Positions 37,521 to 48,535 of a stretch of DNA of 64,000 nt are shown one piece after another. The stretch comes from Trueperaceae bacterium. Lineage in GTDB: Bacteria; Deinococcota; Deinococci; Deinococcales; Trueperaceae. Numbering within the stretch: position 1 is the stretch's first letter; every line of letters begins with the position of its first letter. The notes beneath the pieces are model-generated. The model saw only the letters and a list, made by a program, of their open reading frames with translations, was not told where the DNA came from and did not search any database. The position numbers and the translations under genes are program-made. Location of the stretch: NCBI GenBank assembly GCA_965215565.1, contig CBDCDZ010000004.1, positions 3,776,001 to 3,840,000 on the forward strand, written 5' to 3'.

Positions 37521-40340
37521 ATGGCAGAATCGGGTGTGGCGAAGACACCGTGGTTGGAGCTGTTAGAACCTCTGCGCGAACACCTCTCCGGGAGTGACCA
37601 CCGGGGGCAGCGCGGCTCCTTGCGTTGGCTCGGCGCAGCGCTTTCGGAGCGCGGCGGGCGGGCGAATACGGTGCGCAACATTTTGTATAAAGATTTGGGC
37701 TCGGCGGTGGAGAAAGCGCGGCTCTTCGAACTCTTGAGCGAGTTGTATGAAGAGGTGGGTTTAGAGCCGCCCAGTCTACCCGAAGACCTCACGGCGGCGC
37801 GGGCGAAGCGGGCGCTCGGGCGCGACAAGCGCGTGATTTTTGCGCGGTTCACGCGCGAGTTGACCGAAGGGCTCCCGCAGTTCGTCGTTGTGGGCGGACC
37901 TGCGACGGGTAAGGGCGTGCTCTTGGAGCAGGTGCGCAAGGCGCACCCGGAGAGCCTATTCGTCAATCTGGCGCAAGACATTGTGCCCGCGCTCGCACTA
38001 CTTATGGCGGAGATTGGACAGGCTGAACCACTCGAGGCGCTCGTGGCGCAGCTTTCACCCGCGCAACCTTTCGCGGTGCAAGCGGCGCGGCAGCGTGAGG
38101 TGCTCGAGCTTGTGAGAAAGGGACTCAACGAACGCGGCAAACCCCTCTTGCTCCGCGCTGAGAAGGACGCGACGCTGAGCGCGCTGCCGCTACGTGATGG
38201 GGAGGGGCGCGAAGTAGCGCTCTCGGCGTGGTTGGAGCCACTCTTGACCTCTTTAGACATTCCTTACCTCATCGCTTGCTCCGCCGCGCCGCCGACGCTC
38301 CCCTATCAAACGCTGCGTCCGCCGAGCCGCGAGGAGGCGCGGCGTTACGTGCAGGAGCGGCTGCCCGGCATCGCGCCTGAAACGCTGGAGGAACTCCTCA
38401 ACCAGGCGGGGCGCAACTACGGGGAGCTGTCGCGGCTCAGTTTGCTCGAGCTGAGCCGCGCCGGGGGCGACGATGAGGCGCTGCTGCGTGACCCGCGCTT
38501 AGGTCCAACCCTGCGCGTCCTCGCTGCGCTCTCACCCGCCGCCGACCCTAGCATTCCCATACCTCTTTTAGAAGCCGCCCTGGGACGCCCCCTCAGCGCG
38601 CTCAAACAGGCTGAACATGCGCTCTTGGAAAACGCTGGCGAGGGCGTGGTGCGACCCGCGCTAAGAGGTCTCCTGCCCGAAGATGAAGCGCAGACCGACG
38701 TGCACGCGCTGGCGCTGCGCTACTACCTGGACGCGCCGGGCTGGTCGGTCTTCCGCACGCTCTACCACGCCGAACGCGCGGGCGACACTGCGGTGCTCAC
38801 CGAGATGTTGAGTGACGATCCCTCGCGCTTGGCGCTGCTGCCGAACCTCTGGGCGAAAGCAGCCGACTGGCCGCAAGCGGTGAGAGAGCAGCTCGCCCTC
38901 GTGGTCGTGCGTTACCGCGCTGTACTGGGTGACTACCTCCACCCCGAAGCGCAGGCGGCGCTCGGGCTGCTCGCGACTTCCGAGACGCTAGAAACGAGCG
39001 CCTGGGCGCGGGTCAAGATGGCGGAGGCGCAGATTGACGCGGGGCGTTTCGAAGCGGCGGTGCCGCTGATGGCGGACCTGCCGCCCTTAAACGACGAAGC
39101 GCAAGCCGAAGCCCACCTCGTTCACGCGGCGCTGTCGCGTTGGCGCGGCGCGTACGGTGCGGCGGAGGAAGCGGTGCGCTCGGCGCTCAGCCTAACGGTT
39201 CCGCCCCTCTTAAAAGACCGCGTGCAGCTCTGGCACGGGCTCGTCGCCAAGGACGCGGGGCGCTTTGAGGAGGCGCTAGGGAGTCTGGGTCAGGTTGCGC
39301 ACAATCCGCTCTTGGCGGGCCGCGCCCGCTACCAGGAGGGCGAGTTGCTGACGCGGCTCGGTCAGCCCGAGGCGGGCGCGCAGCGTATCGAGGTGGCGCT
39401 CACGCTCCTGCAGGGCGCGTCCCAAGAGGAGCGGACGAGGGTCAAGGCGCGGCTCGGCACGGCGCTGCGCAAGCTCGGGCGCGACGACGAGGCGGCTGAG
39501 CAGTTCGGGCAGGCTTTAGCGGGTGCGCCCGACGCTTTTAGCCGCGCCCGTATCGCCTCAGAGTGGTCGGTGCTGGAGGTTGCTAGGGGTCGCTCCTGGG
39601 AAGCGCTGCGCCTAGTCAGTGAGGCGGAGGCGACATTTAGAGCGTCCCCCCACCGCCCGGAGGAGGCGCGCTACCGTCACCAGCGCACGCGCCACCGGCT
39701 CGCGCTCGCCTACTGGACCATGCAGACAGGCGAACCCTACCGCCCACCTTTTCGCGGACGGCGCGGCGAAGAGAACCGCGTGACTAAGGTGCAGAAGTAC
39801 CTCTGTCCCCTCTTCAGCGAAGTCGCGCCGCAAGCCCGCCGCAGCGACCGCTACGCCGCGCTCACTTTAGATATCGCGACGACGCTCGCGCTTTCGCTTG
39901 CGCCCGAAGAGGCGCTGCCGCTCCTCGCGTCCGCCGAGGCGCTACCGACGTACTTGCAGCTCAAACTCCGCCTCATCACAGCAGAGGTGCATCTGCGCGC
40001 AGGCGACGCGCCCGCCGCCGCCACTTCGCTCGCCGCCGCGCGCGACTTACCCCCCGATCCTGGGTTGACCGCCTGGAAGGGGTGCTTGGACGCTGAACTC
40101 CTGCTCGCCCTGGACCAGAGCGCCGCCGCCTCCAGAGTTATAAGTGACCTGCTCACCCTCCCCGCCCCCTTTCGTGCTCAGCTCGGGCGCGTCTGGGGGC
40201 GCGTCCTCTGCGAGCGTGGTGCGGGCAGCCTCGCCGCGCAGTGGTTGACAGAGGCGGACCCTCTAGCGCTTCCTGACGCGCTCGCGCTACGCTTTTTCGG
40301 GCTCGAGCCGTTCAAGGCTGAAACGGCTGCACGTCCATGA
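37521..40340 (+). CDS. Large P-loop NTPase + TPR protein
   Basis: Walker A-like VVVGGPATGKG followed by alanine/leucine-rich TPR-like helices. Confidence 0.75.
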   Translation: MAESGVAKTPWLELLEPLREHLSGSDHRGQRGSLRWLGAALSERGGRANTVRNILYKDLGSAVEKARLFELLSELYEEVGLEPPSLPEDLTAARAKRALGRDKRVIFARFTRELTEGLPQFVVVGGPATGKGVLLEQVRKAHPESLFVNLAQDIVPALALLMAEIGQAEPLEALVAQLSPAQPFAVQAARQREVLELVRKGLNERGKPLLLRAEKDATLSALPLRDGEGREVALSAWLEPLLTSLDIPYLIACSAAPPTLPYQTLRPPSREEARRYVQERLPGIAPETLEELLNQAGRNYGELSRLSLLELSRAGGDDEALLRDPRLGPTLRVLAALSPAADPSIPIPLLEAALGRPLSALKQAEHALLENAGEGVVRPALRGLLPEDEAQTDVHALALRYYLDAPGWSVFRTLYHAERAGDTAVLTEMLSDDPSRLALLPNLWAKAADWPQAVREQLALVVVRYRAVLGDYLHPEAQAALGLLATSETLETSAWARVKMAEAQIDAGRFEAAVPLMADLPPLNDEAQAEAHLVHAALSRWRGAYGAAEEAVRSALSLTVPPLLKDRVQLWHGLVAKDAGRFEEALGSLGQVAHNPLLAGRARYQEGELLTRLGQPEAGAQRIEVALTLLQGASQEERTRVKARLGTALRKLGRDDEAAEQFGQALAGAPDAFSRARIASEWSVLEVARGRSWEALRLVSEAEATFRASPHRPEEARYRHQRTRHRLALAYWTMQTGEPYRPPFRGRRGEENRVTKVQKYLCPLFSEVAPQARRSDRYAALTLDIATTLALSLAPEEALPLLASAEALPTYLQLKLRLITAEVHLRAGDAPAAATSLAAARDLPPDPGLTAWKGCLDAELLLALDQSAAASRVISDLLTLPAPFRAQLGRVWGRVLCERGAGSLAAQWLTEADPLALPDALALRFFGLEPFKAETAARP

Positions 40341-41394
40341 TGAGCGATCTGTCGATCTCGCTGGGTGACGTCGCGCCGCAGAGTGCCATCGAGAGGTCGA
40401 TTTCGCTGCGGAGCATGTCCAAGACGCGCGCCACGCCCGCCTGACCCTCCGCCGCGAGCCCCCATAAGATGGGACGCCCGATGGCCACAGCTTTCGCACC
40501 TAAGGTGAGCGCTTTGAGTACGTCCGTGCCGCGCCGCACGCCGCCGTCCATAATGATGTCCACACGCCCATCCACCTTGTCGACAATTTCAGCGAGCACA
40601 TCCACCGACGCAGGCGCGGTGTCGAGTTGCCTGCCGCCGTGGTTCGAGACAACGACGCCCGCCGCGCCGTGCTCGACGGCGAGTGCGGCGTCTTCCGCGT
40701 TCAAAATCCCTTTGACGAGCACCGGCAAGTCCGTGATGCCCACCAGCCACTCCAAATCCTTCCAAGAGAGCGTTTGGTCAAAAAGAGAGGACACATAAGC
40801 CGCCAGCCCTGAGCCTTCCGACTCTGGAAAATCTTCCGCCCCCACCACGTTTTTGATGCGCAGCCCGTCGGGAAGCTGGAAGTTGTTCTTGACGTCACGC
40901 TCGCGCACGCCCCAGACCTGTCCGTCTACGGTTAAGACGATGGCTCTGTAACCTGCCGCTTCCGCGCGGCGCACGAGGTTCTTGGTCTCGCCGCGGTCTT
41001 TGTAGACGTAGAGCTGAAACCACATCGGCCCCGTCGCCGCCTCCGCTACCTCTTCGATGGATGAGGTCGAGAGCGTGCTCAGCATCATCGCCGTACCCGC
41101 CTCGCCCGCCGCCCGCGCCACCGCAACTTCACCTTCGGGGTGCGCCATGCGGTGAAAGGCGGTAGGCGCAACCAGCACGGGCATTGAAACTTTCTGCCCC
41201 AGTACCGTCGTGCTGAGGTCACGTTCGCTGATGTCACGCAGCACGCGGTTTTTGAGCCGGTAACGGTCGAACGCGCGGACGTTGTCGCGCAACGTCACCT
41301 CGTCGTCGGAGCCGCCTACGTAGTAGTCGAAGGCCATCTGCGAGAGGTTTTCCTTAGCTGCCGCCTCGTACTCGTGGAGGTTAAGGGGTTTCAT
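40312..41394 (-). CDS. FMN-dependent alpha-hydroxy acid oxidase (glycolate/lactate oxidase family)
   Basis: WFQLY, SNHGGRQLD and DGGVRRGTDVLKAL. Confidence 0.95.
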   Translation of the reverse strand: MKPLNLHEYEAAAKENLSQMAFDYYVGGSDDEVTLRDNVRAFDRYRLKNRVLRDISERDLSTTVLGQKVSMPVLVAPTAFHRMAHPEGEVAVARAAGEAGTAMMLSTLSTSSIEEVAEAATGPMWFQLYVYKDRGETKNLVRRAEAAGYRAIVLTVDGQVWGVRERDVKNNFQLPDGLRIKNVVGAEDFPESEGSGLAAYVSSLFDQTLSWKDLEWLVGITDLPVLVKGILNAEDAALAVEHGAAGVVVSNHGGRQLDTAPASVDVLAEIVDKVDGRVDIIMDGGVRRGTDVLKALTLGAKAVAIGRPILWGLAAEGQAGVARVLDMLRSEIDLSMALCGATSPSEIDRSLIMDVQPFQP

Positions 41395-41577
41395 GGAAGC
41401 TCCTTTCGTCCGGGTAGGACGCCGCGATATCTGAAGTGAGGCTTTATTCTTTCATATAGCCGCGCTGTGTACGGGGTTGCTGCGCGCATTTGGAACACGG
41501 AAAGGGAAGAGGTCCGGGCAAGAGTAACCAACCTCTTGTTCATTATTCCAACCCAAGCCACGAGAGAACGCTGTTTC

Positions 41578-41667
41578 GTAGGAGCCAAACCTGCCTCTAC
41601 GACACGTCACATTTTCCCGTAGCTGAATGCAGCGCTGGCGTAGGGGCAATTCATAAATTGCCCCTAC
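41578..41667. repeat. GTAG-type REP palindromes
   Basis: GTAGGGGCAATTCATAAATTGCCCCTAC (41640-41667) and degenerate GTAGGAGCC...GCCTCTAC (41578-41600). Confidence 0.7.
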
Positions 41668-41708
41668 ACGTTCCGGTATCTATCTATAGCAGGTCTCAGC
41701 CTTTAGGC

Positions 41709-41870
41709 TAGCTGGACCTCATCTGGTTTGAAACACTCTTACTGTCCGAAGCGACGTTTGACACGCACATTTGGTGATGATGTCTTTGGCGTTGCCAAAA
41801 CTTCCGTCTCCGCCTTTGGCGGAAGCCTACGGAAAGCGCTCATCTGTCTCAGTATGTTTTGGAACTGTTA
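41709..41870. mobile_element. MITE-like element, long form
   Basis: CTCATCTGGTTTGAAACACTC...CTCAGTATGTTTTGGAACTGTTA. An extra left end TAGCAGGTCTCA lies at 41687. Confidence 0.8.
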
Positions 41871-41944
41871 CTAGAATTTTGTACGAATACCAAAGAAAAA
41901 CCCGCTCTTACGCAGAGCGGGTCCATACTTTACGAGGCGGTTGC

Positions 41945-42736
41945 TTATCCGAACAGCTTCCACCAAGGCTTCTTCTGGGTGGCTTCTTCGAGTTCCGCTT
42001 TGAGCCCGTCAATTTGACCTTTGGCTTTCTCTAAAAGACCACGCTGACGCCCAATTTCGGCTTTGGCTTTCTCTAACTTCGCCTTGACTTTGTCACTCTC
42101 TTCCTTGAGTGCGCCCTGGTTCGAGGCGGCGGACTTGGCCTTCTCTAGCTCGCTCTTGAGCCCGCTCTGCTCGCTCTGAAGTTTGTTGACTTGGCTCTCT
42201 AGCTGCGACTTCTCGCTCTGTAGGGTTGAGACCTGCCCGGCGACTTGGCTCTGCTGCGCTTGGGCGTTTTTGAGGCTCTGCACCTCTGCTTTGAGGCGCT
42301 CGATTTCGTTGAGGGCGGCTTGGTACTCAGCGCTACTGATGCCGCTGCTAGGCGCACTGGCGGGTGCGCTAGAAATGGGTGCGGGTGCAGGCGTCGGCTC
42401 GTCTAACGTAACCGCGTCGAGGAGCGCGTCGCTCGGCGCGTCGGGCGCGTCGCCCCAGGAGATTTCCTCGTTGGCTCCGGAGGGGGCTTCGCTGCTCGCT
42501 TGTTCCGCTTCGAACGCTTTGACGTCCTCTTCGGGCCACGCCTCCATGCCTTCGGGGGTGGGCTCGGCGGTGGGGTTGACGGACTCTTCGCCTGCCATCA
42601 CTTTGGCGAGGTAGGTCAAAACGTCTTTCTCGACGACGCTGCCTTCGGGTCCGGTGCCTTGCAGAGCACGCCAGTTGACGTTGTTCTCCTCGGCAAGCTG
42701 TTTGGCTAGGGGGGCAATCGTAGGTTCGCTCATCAC
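41945..42736 (-). CDS. E3-binding (PSBD) domain + acidic linker + coiled-coil protein
   Basis: IAPLAKQLAEENNVNWRALQGTGPEGSVVEKDV and C-terminal KKPWWKLFG. Confidence 0.8.
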   Translation of the reverse strand: MMSEPTIAPLAKQLAEENNVNWRALQGTGPEGSVVEKDVLTYLAKVMAGEESVNPTAEPTPEGMEAWPEEDVKAFEAEQASSEAPSGANEEISWGDAPDAPSDALLDAVTLDEPTPAPAPISSAPASAPSSGISSAEYQAALNEIERLKAEVQSLKNAQAQQSQVAGQVSTLQSEKSQLESQVNKLQSEQSGLKSELEKAKSAASNQGALKEESDKVKAKLEKAKAEIGRQRGLLEKAKGQIDGLKAELEEATQKKPWWKLFG

Positions 42737-43063
42737 GCTTTACTATTCTCTGCAAGAGGTGCGAGGTGCTATCTAATTTCTAACATCTGCACATTTCACG
42801 TCCCATAAGGTGATTCGGAACACAAAGAGGTTCTTCGAGGATGTGGTGCGTTTATAGCGCTACGAAAGATAAGCGTATATCCGAAGCGAATAGGTGGAGC
42901 ACCTGTGCAGCGGTGCCCGGCTCGTCCGACAGTCCCTCATCTGAGGTCACCTCGAGTCCTTACACAAAATTGCGTTGTCGTAAAACTCGCTCAACGCTGT
43001 AGACACGGTTCAGCAAAAGCAGTACCTTTGAACGAACCTTATAGGAGAAGAGGAGGGATCGGT

Positions 43064-44413
43064 ATGGGTACTGTTGCGCTTATCGCGGTTGCCGTGTCGG
43101 GAATTGCCATCTTGCTGGTGCTGGTTGCGGTGGTGAAGCTCGAGGCGTTTGTCAGCCTTATCTTGACAAGTATGATCGTCGCCCTGTTAGCGGGTATTCC
43201 GCTGACTGAGATTATCGGCGCGATCGAAGATGGGATGGGCGGCACGCTCGGCGCGATCGCCATCATCATCGGCTTCGGTGCGATGTTCGGCGAGATGCTG
43301 CGCGTGTCGGGGGGAACGCGGCAACTCGCCACCACGCTCGTGGACAGCTTCGGTGAGGCGTGGGCTCCTTGGGCGATGGGGCTCACGGGCTTTTTGGTCT
43401 CGATTTCGGTCTTTTTCGATGTCGGACTTATCGTGCTCTTACCTCTCGCTTACAGCCTGACACAGCGCTCAGGGCGCTCGCTTCTCTACTACGCGCTGCC
43501 CCTCGCCGCCGGGCTCGCCGCCACGCACGGCTACATCCCGCCGACACCCGGACCCACCGCGATTGCCGCCGAGCTGAATGTGGATTTGGGCTGGGTCATC
43601 CTTTTTGGCATTATCGCGGGCGTGCCTGCGCTCGGGTTAGGCGGCATCGTCTTTAGCCGCTTTATCGCGGAGCGTATCCACGTGCCCGTACCAGAAAACG
43701 TGCGCGAAGAGGAAGAAGAGTCGGCGGAGAACCCTAACCCGCCGAGTTTCGGGCTTATCATCTCGCTGATTCTCTTTCCGCTCGTGCTCATCTTGATAGG
43801 AACGCTGACGGGTGTGGCGCTACCGGAAGGGTCGGCGGTGCGCAACTTCTTCGCCTTTGCCGGGCATCCCTTCACGGCGCTGCTCCTCGCGTCTATCCTC
43901 GTCTTCTACGTCCTCGGCGTGCGGCGCGGTCGCTCGATGGAAGAGGTTCAAAAGATTGCGACGAAGTCTTTGGAGCCTGTCGCTTTGGTTCTTCTTGTCA
44001 CAGGTGCAGGCGGCGTCTTCGGTAATGTGCTGCAGCAGAGCGGCGTCGGCGAAGCCATCGCCAACCTCATGTCCGGCTCGGGCTTGCCGCCTATTCTACT
44101 CGCCTTTTTGATCGCCACGATGGTGCGCGTGGCGCAGGGTTCAGCGACCGTTTCGATGGTCACAGCGGCGGGGCTGGTTGCGCCCGCCATTCAGCAGCAA
44201 GGGTTGTCTGCGCCCGCTGTGGGGCTGATCGCGATTGCGATTGCGTCTGGCGCAACCGTCCTAAGTCACGTGAACGACTCGGGATTTTGGCTTGTCAACC
44301 GCTTTTTGGACATGTCGGTGGCGGACACGCTCAAGTCGTGGACGGTGTCGGTGACGATCGTCGGCGTCACAGGTTTCTTGGTGGTGTTCGTGCTGAGCTT
44401 TTTCATTCAGTAG
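43064..44413 (+). CDS. GntP family (gluconate:H+) permease
   Basis: PPTPGP, RVAQGSATV and SHVNDSGFW. Start at MGTVAL after GGAGG. Confidence 0.93.
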   Translation: MGTVALIAVAVSGIAILLVLVAVVKLEAFVSLILTSMIVALLAGIPLTEIIGAIEDGMGGTLGAIAIIIGFGAMFGEMLRVSGGTRQLATTLVDSFGEAWAPWAMGLTGFLVSISVFFDVGLIVLLPLAYSLTQRSGRSLLYYALPLAAGLAATHGYIPPTPGPTAIAAELNVDLGWVILFGIIAGVPALGLGGIVFSRFIAERIHVPVPENVREEEEESAENPNPPSFGLIISLILFPLVLILIGTLTGVALPEGSAVRNFFAFAGHPFTALLLASILVFYVLGVRRGRSMEEVQKIATKSLEPVALVLLVTGAGGVFGNVLQQSGVGEAIANLMSGSGLPPILLAFLIATMVRVAQGSATVSMVTAAGLVAPAIQQQGLSAPAVGLIAIAIASGATVLSHVNDSGFWLVNRFLDMSVADTLKSWTVSVTIVGVTGFLVVFVLSFFIQ

Positions 44414-44603
44414 GCGTGATTCGAAGGGTAGTCTCGGTAATTTTCAGGTTGCCCTTCACCAAAACGAACGACTTATACAGAATTGCGCGGTTTACTTATC
44501 CTTACTGAGAGGGTTTTAACTTACCATCCGTGACGGGCACGGCGTAGTTTGCAAAACTACGCCGTGCAACCTCGTACTACAATGAGGTGCTAAAGGAGAC
44601 ATC

Positions 44604-45263
44604 TTGCACCTCTATCTGATTCGTCACGCTCAAAGTTACGTCAACTTGCCCGACTGGGCGGAAGGCAACAAGGACGCCGCCCTCACCGAGTTGGGCCGCG
44701 AACAAGCTAGCGCCTTAGCCCGCAGGTTCTCGCAAGAGGTCACACGTGTGGACGCCCTCTACGCGAGCGACATGATGCGGGCTAAAGAAACCGCCGAAAC
44801 CTTAGCCGCGCCCTACGGACTTTTGCCCATCTTCGATAGCCATCTGCGAGAGGTCGGCAACAACCGCCGCGATCACACGCCCTATCCTGTAGACGAGTTG
44901 CCGAAGCACTACGCTGAGTTTTGGGGCAGTTCACGCCCTTTCAGCGCCCTCATGCCGGGTGCGGAGGCGGGCGAGTCGTGGATGCACGCGCGGATGCGAG
45001 TCGGGCAGTTTTTAGAAACCCTCGTTGAGAAGCACTACCGGGCCTCGGACGAAAAGCCAGAGGGCGACACGGTCATCGCGGTCTGTCACGGCGGCGTCAT
45101 CGAGGCGGCTGTCAGCCACGTCTTTAATATCGGGCACCGCCAGCACTGCGAGGTGTGGTCACACAATACCGGGGTGACGCGGCTCGAGTACGTCAACCAC
45201 CCGGACCGCGAACCTTGGCGGCTGCGCTACTTGAACCGCATTGACCATCTTGCGGCAATTTAG
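44604..45263 (+). CDS. Histidine phosphatase family protein
   Basis: LIRHAQS, RAKETA, LREVG and VCHGG. Confidence 0.9.
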   Translation: MHLYLIRHAQSYVNLPDWAEGNKDAALTELGREQASALARRFSQEVTRVDALYASDMMRAKETAETLAAPYGLLPIFDSHLREVGNNRRDHTPYPVDELPKHYAEFWGSSRPFSALMPGAEAGESWMHARMRVGQFLETLVEKHYRASDEKPEGDTVIAVCHGGVIEAAVSHVFNIGHRQHCEVWSHNTGVTRLEYVNHPDREPWRLRYLNRIDHLAAI

Positions 45264-45395
45264 TCTGATGTTCTCAAATTAGAAATTGGCCCTCAGACGG
45301 CGTTTTGTTCGGGTTAGCTCGAGCCTATCGGAAGACAAAGATAAACCCCCTCGAGAATGAGGGGGTTAAACATGTGCTGAATTTAGGGCTCGAGC

Positions 45396-46679
45396 CTAGT
45401 GAAACTGCTCCGCTTCCGTCGAGCCAACCAGCGCCGCCGTAGACGCCTTACCACTCGTTGCAACATTCAACACCTTGTCAAAGTACCCCGTCCCCGACTC
45501 GCGCTGGTGTTTGGTCGCGGTGTACCCATCCGCTTCGCGGGCGAACTCCTCCTCTTGCAGCGCAACGTACGCGCTCATGCCGTTCTCCGCGTAGCCCTTC
45601 GCCAGCTCAAAGGTGCGCAGGTTGATGGTGTGCCAGCCCGCCAAGGTGATGAACTGGAACTTGTAGCCCATTTTTCCCAACTCGCGCTGGAACTTCGCAA
45701 TCGTCTCGTCGTCCAGGTGCTTTTTCCAGTTAAACGACGGCGAGCAGTTGTAGGCGAGCATCTGGTCGGGGTACTCGGCGTGGATGGCTTCGGCAAACTC
45801 CCGCGCCTCGTCCAAGTCTGGCGTGGAGGTCTCCATCCACAAGAGGTCAACGTAGGGTGCATACTCGAGCGAGCGCTTGATGCACGCTTCGATACCCGGT
45901 TTGACGTAGAAGTAGCCCTCCGGCGTGCGTTCGCCCGTCAAAAACTCGTGGTCGCGCTCGTCCACGTCGCTGGTCATAAGCGTGGCGGCGTGCGCGTCGG
46001 TGCGGGCGACGAGCATGGTGGGCACGTCGCACACGTCGGCGGCTAGACGTGCGGCGGCGAGGGTGCGCAAGAAGGTGGAGGTGGGAACCAAGACCTTACC
46101 GCCCAAGTGCCCGCACTTCTTCTCGGACGCAAGCTGGTCTTCAAAGTGAACGCCCGCCGCGCCTGCCTCGATCATGCCTTTCATCAGTTCAAAAGCGTTG
46201 AGCGGTCCGCCGAAACCCGCTTCCGCGTCTGCCACAATCGGCGCGTACCAATGGAGGTCGTCGTTCACACCGTCCAACTTGCTGATTTGATCCGCGCGGG
46301 TCAGCGCGTTGTTGATGCGTTTCACGACAGCGGGCACGCTGTTTGCGGGGTAGAGGCTCTGGTCAGGGTAGGTCTGCCCGGCTAAATTCATATCGCCCGC
46401 AACCTGCCAGCCCGAGAGGTAGATGGCTTGGAGCCCAGCGCGGACCATCTGCACGGCTTGTGTGCCCGTGAGTGCGCCGAAGGTATTCACGTAGTCTTCG
46501 CTGTGCAAGAGGTCCCAAAGTCGCTCTGCGCCGTGGCGAGCGAGCGAGTGCTCGATGTGAACGGAGGGGCGGAGTTGCATGACCTCTTCGGCGCTGTAGT
46601 CGCGCTTGACGCCTTTCCAGCGGGGGTCGGTATCCCAGAGGTTTTTGAGGTCTTGCGCGTTTTGCGTTACGTTGCTCAT
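45396..46679 (-). CDS. aceA: Isocitrate lyase
   Basis: [15 protein letters not shown] and [11 protein letters not shown]. Confidence 0.97.
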   Translation of the reverse strand: MSNVTQNAQDLKNLWDTDPRWKGVKRDYSAEEVMQLRPSVHIEHSLARHGAERLWDLLHSEDYVNTFGALTGTQAVQMVRAGLQAIYLSGWQVAGDMNLAGQTYPDQSLYPANSVPAVVKRINNALTRADQISKLDGVNDDLHWYAPIVADAEAGFGGPLNAFELMKGMIEAGAAGVHFEDQLASEKKCGHLGGKVLVPTSTFLRTLAAARLAADVCDVPTMLVARTDAHAATLMTSDVDERDHEFLTGERTPEGYFYVKPGIEACIKRSLEYAPYVDLLWMETSTPDLDEAREFAEAIHAEYPDQMLAYNCSPSFNWKKHLDDETIAKFQRELGKMGYKFQFITLAGWHTINLRTFELAKGYAENGMSAYVALQEEEFAREADGYTATKHQRESGTGYFDKVLNVATSGKASTAALVGSTEAEQFH

Positions 46680-46905
46680 GTTGTCTCCTTTATGAGTGAG
46701 TTTACTTTGAAAGTACACAGGTTTTGAGTACGGTTGTCACGCGGTGTTGCTAAGCGGTGTCATTAAGCAGGCGGGGGATGCCTTCGTTTGATGTAGCGCA
46801 TTGGGAACCTACCTTTTAAGGATCAGAGACACAAAACAGCCCAGCGTCTCGAGTCGAATAGAAATTCGGACGAAAAAAGCGTCGGAAGTTTGAGAGATTT
46901 GGGCT

Positions 46906-46953
46906 GCCTGACCTCTTTATTTAACGGAGGAGATTTAACGGAAGAGGTCAGGC
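46906..46953. terminator. Hairpin downstream of aceB
   Basis: GCCTGACCTCTT...AAGAGGTCAGGC, 12-bp arms. Confidence 0.55.
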
Positions 46954-46966
46954 TCGAGTCAAAAAA

Positions 46967-48535
46967 TCAATCTAAGTAGTCATATGCCTTCAATGTCAAG
47001 AACGTGCGGAAGTGGTCGCTCTTGACGAGGTCGTCTAAAATCTCAGCGGCATTTTGGAGGTGGTCGCCTTCCAACTTCTCCAACTCCTCTTTCTTCACGC
47101 GGTCATAGAGGTCCACGCTCATGGTTTCGCCACTCTCCAGCGTCGCCCCGTGATGGAGCCACTGCCAGAGCTGTGCCCGACTGATTTCGGCGGTGGCCGC
47201 GTCCTCCATGAGGTTGAAAATCGCCGCCGCGCCCGTCCCCGAGAGCCAAGCGTTGATGTACTGGAGCGCTACACTCACGTTCTGCCGAACGCCCGCCTCG
47301 CTGATAGATGCACCCTCAATATTTGTATTGATGAGGTCTTTCGCACTTACCGACACCTCATCGCGTTGCCGCTCGACTTGGTTGGGCTTGTCCCCTAAGA
47401 CCGCGTCGAACTGCTCTTTCGCGGTAGGAATCAAGCCGGGATGCGCCACCCACGTGCCGTCGCAGCCTGCCTCGGCTTCGCGCTTTTTATCTTCGGCAAC
47501 TTTAGAGAGCGCGTTCTCCGTCACCTCGGGGTCGTCGCGGCTCGGGATGAACGCCGCCATGCCGCCAATCGCGTGAGCGCCACGCTTGTGGCAAGTTTTG
47601 ATCAGCAGTTCGGTGTAGGCGTGCATGAAAGGGACGGTCATGGTGACTTGACCTCTGTCGGGCAGGGTCATGTCCTCACGCTGGTGAAACGTCTTGATGA
47701 ACGAGAAGATGTAGTCCCAGCGTCCCGCGTTGAACCCCGAGATGTGTTCGCGCAGCTCAAACAAAATCTCTTCCATCTGATACGAGGCGTGAATTGTCTC
47801 GATGAGGACGGTGGCGCGGACGCTACCTCTCGGAATGCCGAGTTCGTCTTGGGTGAAGTTCATCACGTCGTTCCAGAGGCGGGCTTCTTGGTAGTGCTCC
47901 AACTTCGGTAGATAAAAGTACGGTCCCGTCCCTCTGTTTAACCTCTCTTGCGCGTTGTGAAACATGTAGAGCCCGAAGTCAAAGAGGCTCGCGGAGATGG
48001 GCTCGCCGTCCACTTCGTGGTGCTTTTCGACTAAATGCCAACCTCTTGGACGCACTAAAAGGGTGGCGATGTCGTCCTCGAGTTCATAGGTTTTGCCGCG
48101 CTCCTCATCCTCGAGTCGAAGCGTCTTGCGCACCGCTTCCTTAAGGTTTTGCTGCCCCACCACGACGTTTTCCCACGTAGGGGAGAGGGCGTCCTCTAAG
48201 TCCGCCATGAAGACGTTCGCCTTCGAGTTGAGCGCGTTGATGGTCATCTTGCGCTCGGCGGGTCCGGTGATTTCCACGCGGCGGTTTTGCAAATCGTCGG
48301 GGCAAGGGGCGACCTGCCAGTCCCCTTCGCGCACCTCTTTGGTCTCCTCTAAAAAGTCCGGCATTTCGCCATTATTAAAGGCTTCCTGCCGCTTCTCGCG
48401 CTCGCTCAAAAGTTCCTTGCGGCGTCCGTTGAACTCGCGGTGGAGCTTCTCTAAGAATGCGACGGCTTCGTCGGTCAGAATTTGCTGTTTGATCTCGTTA
48501 AATTGATTGTCGGTCTCGGCTGTAGCTTGCGCCAT
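46967..48535 (-). CDS. aceB: Malate synthase A
   Basis: [26 protein letters not shown] and [17 protein letters not shown]. Confidence 0.97.
   Translation of the reverse strand: MAQATAETDNQFNEIKQQILTDEAVAFLEKLHREFNGRRKELLSEREKRQEAFNNGEMPDFLEETKEVREGDWQVAPCPDDLQNRRVEITGPAERKMTINALNSKANVFMADLEDALSPTWENVVVGQQNLKEAVRKTLRLEDEERGKTYELEDDIATLLVRPRGWHLVEKHHEVDGEPISASLFDFGLYMFHNAQERLNRGTGPYFYLPKLEHYQEARLWNDVMNFTQDELGIPRGSVRATVLIETIHASYQMEEILFELREHISGFNAGRWDYIFSFIKTFHQREDMTLPDRGQVTMTVPFMHAYTELLIKTCHKRGAHAIGGMAAFIPSRDDPEVTENALSKVAEDKKREAEAGCDGTWVAHPGLIPTAKEQFDAVLGDKPNQVERQRDEVSVSAKDLINTNIEGASISEAGVRQNVSVALQYINAWLSGTGAAAIFNLMEDAATAEISRAQLWQWLHHGATLESGETMSVDLYDRVKKEELEKLEGDHLQNAAEILDDLVKSDHFRTFLTLKAYDYLD

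Noticed and set aside
41395..41570. FMN or other riboswitch upstream of the hydroxy-acid oxidase
   Set aside because: No recognisable conserved aptamer blocks.
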